64,000 nucleotides of DNA from Clostridia bacterium (GTDB lineage Bacteria; Bacillota; Clostridia; Christensenellales; UBA1242), in NCBI GenBank assembly GCA_045637805.1, contig JAZUAE010000012.1:135532-199531 (forward strand). The letters are read 5' to 3'. Under the pieces are notes generated by a model. That model had not been told where the DNA came from and did no database searches. It worked only from the letters and a program-made list of their open reading frames with translations. Position 1 is the first letter of the stretch. Every line of letters begins with the position of its first letter. Shown here in pieces: positions 10,331 through 20,519 of the stretch. Position numbers and translations under genes: made by a program.

Positions 10331-11695
10331 ATGGCAGGTAAGCAAAAAATGAATTATGGTGATTTGCTTGGTAACCTTTTAAGTAAAGGTGTTAGTACTG
10401 TTGACAAAAATAAATACGAAAAGGACAAAACTACCATAGAGAAAGATGATAAAAAATTAAATGATTCTTCCAAAAAGCCTGAAGTAAATGAAGAAAATCC
10501 AAAATCTAAAAAACCTAGGGCTAAAAAAGAAGTTGAAACAAAAATACCTGTAAAAGATGATCCAAAAGAAGTGAAAGTTAATGAAACAAAAGAGGAATAT
10601 TTAAACAATAATGTTACTCATGTTTCTGCTGAAGAAGTTGCTGCTGCAAAAGCTGATTTCGAAAAATTAAAAACCTTTGAGCCTGAAGTAGAAAAAAAAG
10701 AGGAAGAAAAGAAAGAAGAACAACCTATCAATCTTGAGATAGAAAACGAAACAACTCCTGTAAAAAGGGAGTTTACGCCTGAAGAACTAAAAAAACAAAA
10801 ACGTGACGAAGAGTTGTTGTCTAAGCTTGATGAACAAACTAGAAAAGAGTATGAATATCTTGCAAGAAAATATTCGCGTAACCCTATAAAAAACAATGCT
10901 AATGAAATTATAATTAAGGGTGAATATAACGAAATATTTGACTTTGAGAAACGCACGGACATTAAGAAGGTGAGTTTCGCTGCTAAGAAAAAACCACTCA
11001 TTATCTCGCTAGTTGCTTTAACTTTGGTCCTTGCAATATTCTTGCCATTATATTTCTTTGTTTTCAACAAGGAAAAAGTTGAGCCTGTTGTGTTGACAGG
11101 GGTTACAATAAATCAAAACAATTTGTATCAGTATAGTGGCACATATATTGAACTGGATAATGTATGTATGGTTGCATCATACAGCGATGGCAGTAAAAAA
11201 GTGATTAAGTGTACAGAGAAAAATCTTATATCTAAACCAAGTTATATTAGCAATGATTTATTTATCAATAAGGACACAAATAGTACTGGTGCAAACTTAC
11301 AATTTGAACATGAGGGCAAAATTGTAACGCTCAAGATTAACATTTGCAAAGTGTCACTTTCAGGTATTGACGCAAGGGTATATAACACTCAAACTGCTGA
11401 GGTTGGAAAACTATTTAGTTATAAAAACTTTGATATATTTAAGTCTTGCAGTTCAAGTGGTACAGTTGATGCGGACGGTGTTGAAAGATTGCCAAGCACA
11501 TTCAACAAAATATTTGATGAGTCTGAATACTCTAATTTATTAGTTACAATTACAAAGAACGGCAATGCGTATGTGTCTACCAACTTTGCGAATATGAAAG
11601 CAAGGGGTGGTGTAAACTTTGATGGAAGCGGTGAATATATATTCAATTTTATATATCAAGGAAAAATGGATAGTATAACAATAACTGTAGCTTAA
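10331..11695 (+). CDS. Single-pass membrane protein: Lys/Glu-rich cytoplasmic N-terminus, one TM, extracellular C-terminal domain
   Basis: 454 aa. Low-complexity KE-rich first ~210 aa, then a hydrophobic segment LIISLVALTLVLAIFLPLYFFVF, then a beta-rich C-terminal half. Confidence 0.7.
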   Translation: MAGKQKMNYGDLLGNLLSKGVSTVDKNKYEKDKTTIEKDDKKLNDSSKKPEVNEENPKSKKPRAKKEVETKIPVKDDPKEVKVNETKEEYLNNNVTHVSAEEVAAAKADFEKLKTFEPEVEKKEEEKKEEQPINLEIENETTPVKREFTPEELKKQKRDEELLSKLDEQTRKEYEYLARKYSRNPIKNNANEIIIKGEYNEIFDFEKRTDIKKVSFAAKKKPLIISLVALTLVLAIFLPLYFFVFNKEKVEPVVLTGVTINQNNLYQYSGTYIELDNVCMVASYSDGSKKVIKCTEKNLISKPSYISNDLFINKDTNSTGANLQFEHEGKIVTLKINICKVSLSGIDARVYNTQTAEVGKLFSYKNFDIFKSCSSSGTVDADGVERLPSTFNKIFDESEYSNLLVTITKNGNAYVSTNFANMKARGGVNFDGSGEYIFNFIYQGKMDSITITVA

Positions 11696-11696
11696 G

Positions 11697-11722
11697 CTCT
11701 AAGGGAAACCTTAGAGTTTTTT
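11697..11722 (+). terminator. Rho-independent terminator
   Basis: CTCTAAGG-GAAA-CCTTAGAG hairpin followed by T6. Confidence 0.8.
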
Positions 11723-11844
11723 ATTGTTTGCATAATTTTAATTTCTTCGCAATACATTGTATTATACACTTTTCGACGTTTTACTAAAGTTAATTATTTG
11801 AAAACAATATCTAAACGTGGTTATAATAGGAGAGTATTTGCGAA

Positions 11845-12618
11845 ATGAAATTTATAACAATAAAGCTTAAGACTTTGCGATACGCGTTAACGTTAACGCT
11901 CATTGTTCTTTTGCTATCAATTTTTACACTTAGTATAAATGCTGAAACAATATACTTTGGCTACAGTGAAAGAAAAGTGCCAGTGTATAGTGTTGATACC
12001 GGTGGCGAAAAGAAAGTTGCTCTTTCATTTGATGCTGCTTGGGGCGCAGATAAAACTAGTGAAATCATTAAAATTTTAAAAGATAATAATGTGGGCGGCA
12101 CATTCTTTTTAGTTGGGTTTTGGAGCGAAAAATATCCAGATAAAATCAAAGAAATTCATGCTGCTGGACTCGACATAGGTACGCACTCAAACACACACCC
12201 TAAAATGAGTACTTTGTCTGAGTCACAAATAATTTCAGAACTCACTATTTCGCGTGAGCTAATTACAAATATTACAGGACAGCCTGTAAGGTTTTTTAGA
12301 CCGCCATTTGGAGATTATAATAATCTGCTGCTAAAAACTGCAGATAGTTTAGGGCTTCAGACAATTCAGTGGAGCGTTGATTCTCTTGACTGGAAAGGCT
12401 TGAGTGCTGCACAAATTTTAGAACGCGTCAAAGCTGGCGTGCACAGTGGTGCAATAATACTTTTCCATAACAATGCTGATCACATTGTTGAGGCTTTGCC
12501 ACTCGTTATTTCTTGTTTAAAAAGTGAGGGCTATAGCATGGTTGGTTTAAGTGATTTAGTGTTACAAAGCGATTATACAATCGATAATCATGGCGTTCAG
12601 AAACGGGCTTCGGGTTAA
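11845..12618 (+). CDS. Polysaccharide deacetylase (NodB homology domain, PdaB-like)
   Basis: N-terminal TM/signal segment. NodB motifs ALSFDAAWG and HSNTHP, plus RPPFG. AGGAGAG RBS. Confidence 0.85.
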   Translation: MKFITIKLKTLRYALTLTLIVLLLSIFTLSINAETIYFGYSERKVPVYSVDTGGEKKVALSFDAAWGADKTSEIIKILKDNNVGGTFFLVGFWSEKYPDKIKEIHAAGLDIGTHSNTHPKMSTLSESQIISELTISRELITNITGQPVRFFRPPFGDYNNLLLKTADSLGLQTIQWSVDSLDWKGLSAAQILERVKAGVHSGAIILFHNNADHIVEALPLVISCLKSEGYSMVGLSDLVLQSDYTIDNHGVQKRASG

Positions 12619-12619
12619 A

Positions 12620-13327
12620 ATGGAGAAATTAATGAGTAACTATTCAGACAAAAATAATATGGTTATTCTCAAAGGACAAATAGCAAGTAAGCCGGTGTTC
12701 TCACATTCATGCATGGGCGAAACTTTCGAAGAGATTATATTAAAAGTTCCACGTCTTTCAAGTGAGTGCGATTATATTCCGCTAACTATTTCTAGTAGAC
12801 TCTCTGCTGGGCTAGAACTTGGACAAATGATAGGTGTGGTAGGTAATTTTAGGAGCTACAACAAACTCGTTGACGGCAAGAGTAAGCTTTTACTTACGGT
12901 GTTTGTGCGCTCATTTGCCGACCCTGACACGATTGAAAATTCTAATCAAATTAATGTGACAGGATATGTTTGTAAAGACCCTATCTACCGCACTACGCCT
13001 TTTGGTAGGGAAATAACTGATTGTCTTATCGCTGTGAATCGTGGGTATAATAAAAGTGATTATTTACCATGTATAGCTTGGGGTAGAAATGCTGTTTTTG
13101 TTGCGGGTATCCCTGTTGGTGAAAAGATTGAACTGACTGGGCGAATCCAAAGTAGAGAGTATCAAAAACGTTTGTCTGATACAAACATTGAAACTCGAAC
13201 AGCTTATGAGGTTTCTATTTCTAATGTTGCACTTGTATCGTCTTATTCAAATAAGCAAGAGGAAAATGAAATTTATCTAGATGAAAAAGATGAGTCCGAG
13301 GGCGAAGTTTGCTTTGTAACAAATTAA
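12620..13327 (+). CDS. Tandem OB-fold SSB-family protein
   Basis: Start moved to ATG 12620, just after the upstream stop. The second half (NQINVTGYVCKDPIYRTTPFGREITDCLIAVNR...YLPCIAWGRNA...GRIQSREY) matches the SSB OB-fold pattern, and the first half is a diverged copy. Acidic C-terminal tail without a canonical DDDIPF tip. Confidence 0.65.
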   Translation: MEKLMSNYSDKNNMVILKGQIASKPVFSHSCMGETFEEIILKVPRLSSECDYIPLTISSRLSAGLELGQMIGVVGNFRSYNKLVDGKSKLLLTVFVRSFADPDTIENSNQINVTGYVCKDPIYRTTPFGREITDCLIAVNRGYNKSDYLPCIAWGRNAVFVAGIPVGEKIELTGRIQSREYQKRLSDTNIETRTAYEVSISNVALVSSYSNKQEENEIYLDEKDESEGEVCFVTN

Positions 13328-13353
13328 CAGGAGGTCATGCCTCCTGTTTTTTT
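13327..13353 (+). terminator. Rho-independent terminator
   Basis: ACAGGAGG-TCATG-CCTCCTGT hairpin followed by T7. Confidence 0.85.
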
Positions 13354-13409
13354 CTTTTGATTGACTTTAAATGCACTGTGTGTTAGACTTATACACAAGT
13401 GAGGTAATT

Positions 13410-14864
13410 ATGACTAAAGAAATTAGAACAAGGTTTGCACCAAGTCCTACAGGATTTATGCATGTGGGTAACTTACGTACAGCTCTTTATACTTATTTAG
13501 CTGCCAAATCTCAGGGGGGTAAATTTATTCTTAGAATAGAGGATACTGACCAAAAGCGATTTGTTGAAGGTGCAACTGATGTAATTTATAATACATTAAA
13601 AACCACAGGTATTACTTGGGACGAGGGGCCTGATATTGGTGGTGCGTTTGGACCTTACGTTCAAAGCGAACGCAAACCACTTTACAGAAAATATGCTGAG
13701 GAACTTGTTGCAAGAGGTCACGCATATTACTGTTTCTGTTCTGACTCTAGCCAGGAAGATGTTGTGGATGAAAATGGTGCTACAATATATGGTTATGGTA
13801 GAAAATGTCGAAACTTGTCTGAGGCTGAAGTTAAGGCAAAAATCGAAAGCGGCGCAAGCTACGTTATCAGGCAAAAGATACCACTAACTGGCACAACTAC
13901 ATTTGTTGACGAAGTGTATGGTGAAATTACCGTTCAAAATGATACACTTGATGACCAAGTACTCTTAAAGAGTGACGGTATGCCAACATACAATTTTGCC
14001 AACGTTGTGGACGACCATCTTATGGGTATTACTCATGTTATGCGTGGTAGGGAGTATATTTCATCTACACCAAAGTATCAACTTTTATATGAAGCTTTTG
14101 GTTGGGAGGCTCCAAAAAATGTTCACTTATCACTTATTATGGGGCAAAATGAAGACGGCACAATCTCTAAACTTTCAAAGCGTCATGGTTCAACAACCTT
14201 TGACAAGCTTATAGCTGATGGTTATCTTCAAGAGGCTATCATAAATTATATTGCATTGCTTGGTTGGAGTCCAAAAGATGAACGTGAAATTTATACAATC
14301 GACGAGCTTGCTAAAATTTTCTCAATTTCAGGTATTACTAAATCTAATCCAGTATTTGATTACAATAAACTTGCATGGGTAAATAGTGAATACATCAAAA
14401 AAATGCCCATTGACACTTTTATTTCTTATTCAAAAGATTACTTAAACGGATTATCTAAATTTGTGGCTGATAAATGGGATTTTGCGGCTAGTTTAGCGCA
14501 GGGTAGAATATCAAAGTTCACTGATATACCAGCACTCTTTGCATTTCTTGATAGCTTTGGTGATTTTGATGTATCAATCTTAGAGAATAAAAAGAACAAG
14601 TTGGATCTTGTCGGCGCGAAAGCGGTACTTGAAGATGTTATTCCAAAACTTGAATCTTTACAGACATGGAACTGTGAAAATATTAATAGTATTTTAACTG
14701 ATTATGCCGCAGTGCATGAGGTGAAACTTGGACACCCTATGTGGGCAGTGCGTATCGGCGCAACAGGTTGTGCAGTTACTCCTGGCGGAGCTGGGGAAAT
14801 GCTTTACTTACTTGGCAGAGATGAAACAATTAAACGTTTAAATAAAACATTAAGTAGAATATAA
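13410..14864 (+). CDS. gltX: Glutamate--tRNA ligase
   Basis: Class I motifs PSPTGFMHVGNLRTAL (HIGH-type) and KLSKRHG (KMSKS-type); 484 aa. Start placed at ATG 13410 behind a GAGG RBS rather than the upstream in-frame ATG of the ORF track. Confidence 0.93.
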   Translation: MTKEIRTRFAPSPTGFMHVGNLRTALYTYLAAKSQGGKFILRIEDTDQKRFVEGATDVIYNTLKTTGITWDEGPDIGGAFGPYVQSERKPLYRKYAEELVARGHAYYCFCSDSSQEDVVDENGATIYGYGRKCRNLSEAEVKAKIESGASYVIRQKIPLTGTTTFVDEVYGEITVQNDTLDDQVLLKSDGMPTYNFANVVDDHLMGITHVMRGREYISSTPKYQLLYEAFGWEAPKNVHLSLIMGQNEDGTISKLSKRHGSTTFDKLIADGYLQEAIINYIALLGWSPKDEREIYTIDELAKIFSISGITKSNPVFDYNKLAWVNSEYIKKMPIDTFISYSKDYLNGLSKFVADKWDFAASLAQGRISKFTDIPALFAFLDSFGDFDVSILENKKNKLDLVGAKAVLEDVIPKLESLQTWNCENINSILTDYAAVHEVKLGHPMWAVRIGATGCAVTPGGAGEMLYLLGRDETIKRLNKTLSRI

Positions 14865-14889
14865 AAAAGACCCGCTTGGGTCTTTTTTT
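14864..14889. terminator. Bidirectional terminator between convergent genes
   Basis: A-run, AGACCC-GCTT-GGGTCT hairpin, T-run. The same stem is used by the terminator at 19636-19662. Confidence 0.8.
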
Positions 14890-14898
14890 ATTCTATAA

Positions 14899-15642
14899 TT
14901 ATTCGTTTACGTTTTCGTTTTCCTCTTGATTTTTTGTGTTTTTTTGATTTGATTTATTATGCATTAATCTCTTTGAGAAAATTTTCAATGTGTCTTTTGC
15001 ATTATTCACAACCCATTTGCTTGTGTCTGTTAAAGGGTCGTCCCAGTACAATTCAGACTCTAAACCAACTCCGATGCCTGCTATTAAAGGTCCTACGGCA
15101 ATAGATAGTGTTGTTGCACCATTAACGACGTTGCAACCGTCAACACACAAAAGAACACCTTTTCTTCCGTCAAGTTCTATCGGCTGACCAACCATTCTTT
15201 TTAATTGAGCGGTTACCTTGTCGTCTTCTTCGCAAAGTTCGGTTCCATTTTGCTTTTGACGTTGTTTTAACTTTTCATTGTTTCTTTTTGCAACCAATTC
15301 AATTGCTAGACTTTTAGGGTTGGTGTAGATTTTGTTTTTTTGTTCATCTTCTAGTTCAAAAATCATCAAGCCTTTTCCAAACTCTAAACCGCAGCTGCTA
15401 AAGTTTATAGAGAATGGAGCATAACATTCTGAACGGGCTCTTCCATGTTTTCTTAATTCATGTCGTTCTCCAAACTCAACCATAATCCAGTCTTGATAAA
15501 TTGCCGGATCGCCATTATCATTTACAGTAATTTTTCCTTTAGTTTCAAATGTGTCTCCACAAGCACTTATTCCTCTTATGGTAAGTGTTTGATCTTTTTC
15601 CCAAATATCTAAAAGTTTTGCATATTCTTCTTTTGAAAACAT
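14899..15642 (-). CDS. Hypothetical protein (247 aa)
   Basis: AGGAGG RBS, ATG start, TAA stop. No recognisable motif. Confidence 0.65.
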   Translation of the reverse strand: MFSKEEYAKLLDIWEKDQTLTIRGISACGDTFETKGKITVNDNGDPAIYQDWIMVEFGERHELRKHGRARSECYAPFSINFSSCGLEFGKGLMIFELEDEQKNKIYTNPKSLAIELVAKRNNEKLKQRQKQNGTELCEEDDKVTAQLKRMVGQPIELDGRKGVLLCVDGCNVVNGATTLSIAVGPLIAGIGVGLESELYWDDPLTDTSKWVVNNAKDTLKIFSKRLMHNKSNQKNTKNQEENENVNE

Positions 15643-15741
15643 TGTATTGCCTCCTATAATTCATAAAAAATATAACATATTTAAATCTAAAAGCCAAGGT
15701 GTGTTGTTTTTTGTATCAATATTGTTTAACTTGTTTCAAAT

Positions 15742-16248
15742 TTATAATTTTATTATATCTAAGCCATGTTTTTTTGCGTAGCCCACAGTTGATGCTGCAC
15801 CACCAGTATCTTTGTGAGAGTAGGCGATTAAAATTGATGAGTTGTCTACCATATATTTATTGCGTATGTGTGTGCAGCCGTTAAAATAATGATCTTTTGT
15901 TACAAAGTAGAGTTTATCAAATGTGGTTTTGAGAGTTTCATATAAAGATTTATTTTCATCTTTATAGTATTGTGCCTGATTTCCGCAAGGGATACAGCCG
16001 ATTATGTAAACAGGATAGTCTTCGCTTTTAAGTTCGGTTAAAACTTCGCCAGCTAGCATATCAAAGCCCTCTGCAAGACCGTTGTAAAAAGTATTAATGC
16101 CACTATCAATTAGTTTTATCAATATTTCTTTGAGTTTTGTTCTAAGTTTTATGCAATCAGGGTGCGATGTGTTGTAACCCCAAGGCAAGTCCTTTGGTCT
16201 ATGCCCTGTAAAACATGCTGATTGCTGTTTAGTTCCTTTCTGAATCAT
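15742..16248 (-). CDS. SLOG-fold protein, DUF1273/YpsA-like
   Basis: N-terminal ACFTGHRP motif and alternating beta-alpha layout, as in DUF1273 proteins. The start overlaps the upstream SDR stop by 20 nt. Confidence 0.6.
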   Translation of the reverse strand: MIQKGTKQQSACFTGHRPKDLPWGYNTSHPDCIKLRTKLKEILIKLIDSGINTFYNGLAEGFDMLAGEVLTELKSEDYPVYIIGCIPCGNQAQYYKDENKSLYETLKTTFDKLYFVTKDHYFNGCTHIRNKYMVDNSSILIAYSHKDTGGAASTVGYAKKHGLDIIKL

Positions 16249-17056
16249 CTTTTAATCCTTTAAAATTTTCTTCGCCTGAAGAAGTTAATACGTTTGTCAT
16301 AATTCTTGAAATTGTGTTTGGGAAAATTCTTGAAAAGGTGCGAAGCAGTTTTCCGTCAAACCCAACGGTTATATGTCTTCTCTTTCTATTGATCTTGTTT
16401 AAAATTTTAGCAGCTGTTTTGTCTGCATCGCTCGCAAACTTTTCTATCTTACCTGTGAGCTTTCCGTCACGAAATAGTTCAGTTTTAATAAAGCCTGGAT
16501 AAACCCCTGCAATGTAAACACTTTGATTTTCTTCACGGAGCGCATCAGTAAAAGCTTTGAGTGCTGCCTTGCTTGCCGAGTACATGCTTGTGCCGATTAC
16601 TGCAGCAAAAGCGGAAGCACTTGATATGTTTATAATTGAGGCGTCTTTGCTTTGCTTTAAAATAGGCAATAAGTTTTTACAAGAGTAGACGCTGGAAAAT
16701 AGGTTGGTATCAATGACCAGAGCTGCTCGCTCTAGGCTCAAATTTTCAAACCTTCCAAATGGTGGCATGATGCCTGCGTTGTTAATCAAAACATCAATTT
16801 TTATTGATTTTTCAGCAATTTTTGATGAAAATTCTTCCCATTTTGCGTTTTTTGACACGTCAAACAAGAATGGAGTAAAGTTTGAAGAATTTAATTCTTT
16901 TACAAGCAAATCCATTTTTTCTTTATTTCTTGCAATGCCGATTACTTTTGCAGAGTAACGCGTAAGCAAAAGTTTAGTAAGTTCTTTTCCAAGCCCGCCA
17001 GTCACACCTGTAATTACTATTGTTTTTCCGTTTAACCAACTTTTCTTTTGTTTCAT
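16229..17056 (-). CDS. Short-chain dehydrogenase/reductase (SDR) family oxidoreductase
   Basis: TGVTGGLGK (TGxxxGxG), NNAG and YSASKAAL (YxxxK) motifs; 275 aa. Confidence 0.88.
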   Translation of the reverse strand: MKQKKSWLNGKTIVITGVTGGLGKELTKLLLTRYSAKVIGIARNKEKMDLLVKELNSSNFTPFLFDVSKNAKWEEFSSKIAEKSIKIDVLINNAGIMPPFGRFENLSLERAALVIDTNLFSSVYSCKNLLPILKQSKDASIINISSASAFAAVIGTSMYSASKAALKAFTDALREENQSVYIAGVYPGFIKTELFRDGKLTGKIEKFASDADKTAAKILNKINRKRRHITVGFDGKLLRTFSRIFPNTISRIMTNVLTSSGEENFKGLKDDSERN

Positions 17057-17194
17057 AACTTTATTTTAACAAATATCGACAATTCTTGCAATCGTTTTAA
17101 TGTATGGATTCGTAGATAAATGTCGAAAATGATATAGATAATTTTATTTGCTTCAAATTTTTGTATATGTTAAACTAAATCTATAGGGGGAATT

Positions 17195-19453
17195 ATGAAA
17201 CAAGTAGATAGTGAGCTTATTGCTCTTGAAAATGAGTTTGGTGACTGGTTTAACAAGGATAAATTTATAAGTCCTAAAATGACCAAAAAACTCTATCCTT
17301 ACCGTGAGATGTTTAAACCTATTAAGGTCAATAGTCTTGAGATAAAAAATAGAATCGTTATGGGACCTATGGGAAATGTTAATATGGCAGACGAAACGGG
17401 TAGACCTAGCGAAAAAATGATTAAATATTTCGAAGAACGTGCAAAAGGTGGCGTTGGACTAATTACTACAGGACTGGTGCCAACTACTTATGGTATTGAT
17501 AGTACAATTATTGAACAGGATAAATTGTCTTACTTTCCACGTGTCGACCGCAGCCGCACAAACCTTGTTGGGTGGAGAAATTTAGCTTATGCGGTGCATA
17601 ATCACGGGTCTAAGATATTTATTCAATTAACTGCGGGACTTGGGCGTGTAGGTAACCCTGAGTGCTTGATTAAGCAATTTAAACTCCCAGTATCAAGTTC
17701 TTGGAATCCTAATTTTTATATTTCAGCAATACCTTGTAGAAAACTTTCTGACGGGGAAATTAAAAAAATTATTAAAAAGACTGGTCAGGCTGCTGCAGAC
17801 AGTAAGGCGTGTGGTTTGGACGGGGTGTATTTACATGGACATGAAGGGTATTTAATTGAGCAGCTTACAAACCCTGCTTTTAACCGCAGAAAACTTGGTA
17901 GATATAGAAACTACAAGCAGTTTGGTATTGATTTAATAAAACACATACGTGAACGTGTTGGTGCTAAGTTTCCGATTATGTATAGAATTGATTTATCACT
18001 CATGCTTGGTGCAACCTATGGCGAGCGTTTAGGCAGCATTAAGCAATTAAAGAAGTTTAAAAACGAAAGGAGCATTGCTGAAACTCTAGAGTATATGAAA
18101 GATCTCGTTAAAGCAGGCGTTGATATGTTTGACGTAGATCTTGGCTGTTATGATAACTGGTGGTTGCCACACCCACCCTCATCTATGCCATCTGGTTGTT
18201 TCCTTGATATCAGTAAGATTGTTAAAGATTATTTTAAAGCAAACAATGTGCTTTCAAATGCTGGGTTTGAAGTTCCTGTTGTTGGTGTTGGTAAGCTTGG
18301 TTATCCAGATTTGGCAGAAAAAGCACTCAGAGATGAAAAATGTGATATGGTAATGCTTGCGCGTCCGTTACTCGCTGATAGTGAGTGGGTAAACAAGGCG
18401 TACAAAGGCGAAGTTGATTCTATTCGTCCTTGCATAGGTTGCCACGAGGCGTGCATAAAAGAGTTTGTTGAAGGTGGACATCCACAATGTGCTGTCAACC
18501 CATTAACGGCATTTGAAAGTGAACTTGGAAAATTATCTAAGGCTGAGAAAAGTAAAAGGGTGGCTGTGGTAGGCGCAGGCCCTGCGGGCATTATTGCGGC
18601 CAAAACTCTGATTGCTAGAGGACACTCGGTTGATTTATATGAAAAGAGTGCGAAAGTGGGCGGAACGCTTATCCCTGCATCGGTACCTAAAATTAAGTAT
18701 GAGCTTGCTAACTATGTTGCTTATCTTAATGGTCAGGTTAAGGTTTTACAAAAAGATAAGAAGTTTAAGCTTTTGCTTAAAACTCCTGCAACGGAAGAGA
18801 ATTTAAATGGCAAATATGATGCTATTGTTTTTGCAACAGGGTCATATATGTCGCAGCTTCCAGTACCTGGTGCTGTTCAAAAGCACGTTAAGACAACAGT
18901 TGAAGTTTTGTCTGACTTAAAGCTAATTGAAAAAGCTGATAACATTGTCGTTATCGGTGGCGGCGATGCTGGAGTTGAGGTCGCGTACTGTGCAGCTTAT
19001 GAGTACGGCAAAAATGTTTCAATTGTAGAACTTGAGCCTTATCTTATGAAACATACATGTACGGCTAATCGTGGGCACTTATTGCATTATCTAGAAAAGG
19101 CTGGGGTACAGGTGTACAACTGCTCTAGTGTTACCAAAATTGATGATGACAGTGTTGAAATCTTGCGTAACTTTAGCAAGACTGTTCCAAGTCCATTTAA
19201 TACTTGGACGCCAGTTCTTCCTGATAATATTAAGAACCCGCTTGCGCCAAAGATTCGCAAAGATATGCGTGCAATGTCGCTTCCAAGTGATCTTGTAATT
19301 GTGGCTGCGGGAACAAAATCAAATAATGAACTATATCAACAAGCTGTTCAAAATAGATATGCAAAAGAACTTTACAATGTAGGTGACAGTAATATTTGTG
19401 GCAAAGTTTACACAGCAGTAAAGTCTGCGTTTAATAAGGCAAGAGTTGTATAA
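17195..19453 (+). CDS. OYE-family NADH:flavin oxidoreductase fused to FAD/NAD(P)-binding domain (2-enoate / 2,4-dienoyl-CoA reductase-like)
   Basis: N-terminal TIM-barrel flavin oxidoreductase region, CIGCHEAC Cys motif, and dinucleotide folds VAVVGAGPAGIIAA and VVIGGGDAGVE; 752 aa. Confidence 0.85.
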   Translation: MKQVDSELIALENEFGDWFNKDKFISPKMTKKLYPYREMFKPIKVNSLEIKNRIVMGPMGNVNMADETGRPSEKMIKYFEERAKGGVGLITTGLVPTTYGIDSTIIEQDKLSYFPRVDRSRTNLVGWRNLAYAVHNHGSKIFIQLTAGLGRVGNPECLIKQFKLPVSSSWNPNFYISAIPCRKLSDGEIKKIIKKTGQAAADSKACGLDGVYLHGHEGYLIEQLTNPAFNRRKLGRYRNYKQFGIDLIKHIRERVGAKFPIMYRIDLSLMLGATYGERLGSIKQLKKFKNERSIAETLEYMKDLVKAGVDMFDVDLGCYDNWWLPHPPSSMPSGCFLDISKIVKDYFKANNVLSNAGFEVPVVGVGKLGYPDLAEKALRDEKCDMVMLARPLLADSEWVNKAYKGEVDSIRPCIGCHEACIKEFVEGGHPQCAVNPLTAFESELGKLSKAEKSKRVAVVGAGPAGIIAAKTLIARGHSVDLYEKSAKVGGTLIPASVPKIKYELANYVAYLNGQVKVLQKDKKFKLLLKTPATEENLNGKYDAIVFATGSYMSQLPVPGAVQKHVKTTVEVLSDLKLIEKADNIVVIGGGDAGVEVAYCAAYEYGKNVSIVELEPYLMKHTCTANRGHLLHYLEKAGVQVYNCSSVTKIDDDSVEILRNFSKTVPSPFNTWTPVLPDNIKNPLAPKIRKDMRAMSLPSDLVIVAAGTKSNNELYQQAVQNRYAKELYNVGDSNICGKVYTAVKSAFNKARVV

Positions 19454-19478
19454 AAGTAAAAAGATTTCACTTTTATAA

Positions 19479-19635
19479 ATGAAGATTCCTTACGGACATG
19501 AAAGTTGCTAGTCGCAACATGGTTGACCCTTGGTAAATTTCTGCCTTTATGCAAACTGAAAGTTTGCACTTAATGGCGAGCGAATGTGAGCATCTTCATT
19601 AGTGTGGCGGCTTCATGTGTTTTAGCACTCTTAAT
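19479..19635. repeat. Heptamer-plus-hairpin mosaic repeat, ORF-less copy (both arms abutting)
   Basis: Left arm: ATGAAGA-ttccttacggac-ATGAAA-GTTGCtagtcGCAAC-ATGG-ttgacccttggtaa. Centre: GCAAACT-gaa-AGTTTGC. Right arm: ggcgagcgaatgtgagca-TCTTCAT-tagtgtggcggc-TTCAT-gtgttttagcac-TCTTAAT. The modules match those at 47206-47301 and 47714-47813 in reverse order. Confidence 0.8.
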
Positions 19636-19662
19636 TAAAAAAAGACCCTTTCGGGTCTTTTT
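19636..19662. terminator. Bidirectional terminator
   Basis: A7, AGACCC-TTTC-GGGTCT hairpin, T5. Sits between convergent genes. Confidence 0.8.
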
Positions 19663-20506
19663 ACATTTCTGGTTCATCTTCTTCGTTTGTGCTAGCTTTG
19701 CATTTTGTAAATGAAGATTGAGTTCTTGGTGTAACTTCAATTATTGATTCTTCGTACTTTGTAGTAGATGTTGTGAATGTGTTTTGAGTTGGGATTGTAG
19801 TGCGATCTTTTGAAGAATCCTTGCTTGTGTCAGTTTCAACTAAACATTTTAGGTCGTTATAAAAAGGGTGGTCTTTTGGAATAAATGTTAAGATGTCGCT
19901 GCCAAATATTGAAATTTGTTGTATTAATAATCTTGTAGGCAATGATTTAATGCATCGATTAAAATCTGCTTGGCCTTTTTCTGCTGCTTCTTTTGTAGAA
20001 AACATTGTGTTCAAGTCTACAATATTGCTTGAAATTTTTAAAATGTTATTAGAACTATATGTTCTTATTAATTTTTCTATAAATTCTGGATTTACAGCAG
20101 CTTCGTAATAATTTTCAAGAATATCCTGTATGTCCTCATCGTTATAATTAGGATAAGGTCCGCTTTTTATTTTGCCATCAAGATATGCGAGCATTAAATT
20201 TACATTCTTTTGATGTTCAATATTTTCTGGGCTAACAGGGTAGTAAATGGTCATAACAGGTTTTGTGTTGTAAAGTTTTTCCATAAAATTAGCATCATTT
20301 GTGTGAGCTTTTGATAATTGAACTTTATGAAAATTAGATTTTATGTCGCTAATGTAATTTATTATTTTATTGTCAATGGTTTGAGGGCTGTCAGTGAGCT
20401 TAGCACCGGCATTTGTTAACAATTTTACATATCTTCTTGTGTTTAGCAGTTGTTGTTTTTCTGCTTTCTTTTGCTCTTTAGCTAAGCGTATAATTTTTCT
20501 TTTCAT
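19661..20506 (-). CDS. Hypothetical protein (281 aa)
   Basis: AAGGAT RBS, ATG start, TAA stop. Last gene of a three-gene minus-strand cluster with two GNAT genes. Confidence 0.65.
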   Translation of the reverse strand: MKRKIIRLAKEQKKAEKQQLLNTRRYVKLLTNAGAKLTDSPQTIDNKIINYISDIKSNFHKVQLSKAHTNDANFMEKLYNTKPVMTIYYPVSPENIEHQKNVNLMLAYLDGKIKSGPYPNYNDEDIQDILENYYEAAVNPEFIEKLIRTYSSNNILKISSNIVDLNTMFSTKEAAEKGQADFNRCIKSLPTRLLIQQISIFGSDILTFIPKDHPFYNDLKCLVETDTSKDSSKDRTTIPTQNTFTTSTTKYEESIIEVTPRTQSSFTKCKASTNEEDEPEM

Positions 20507-20519
20507 ACTAAATCCTTTT

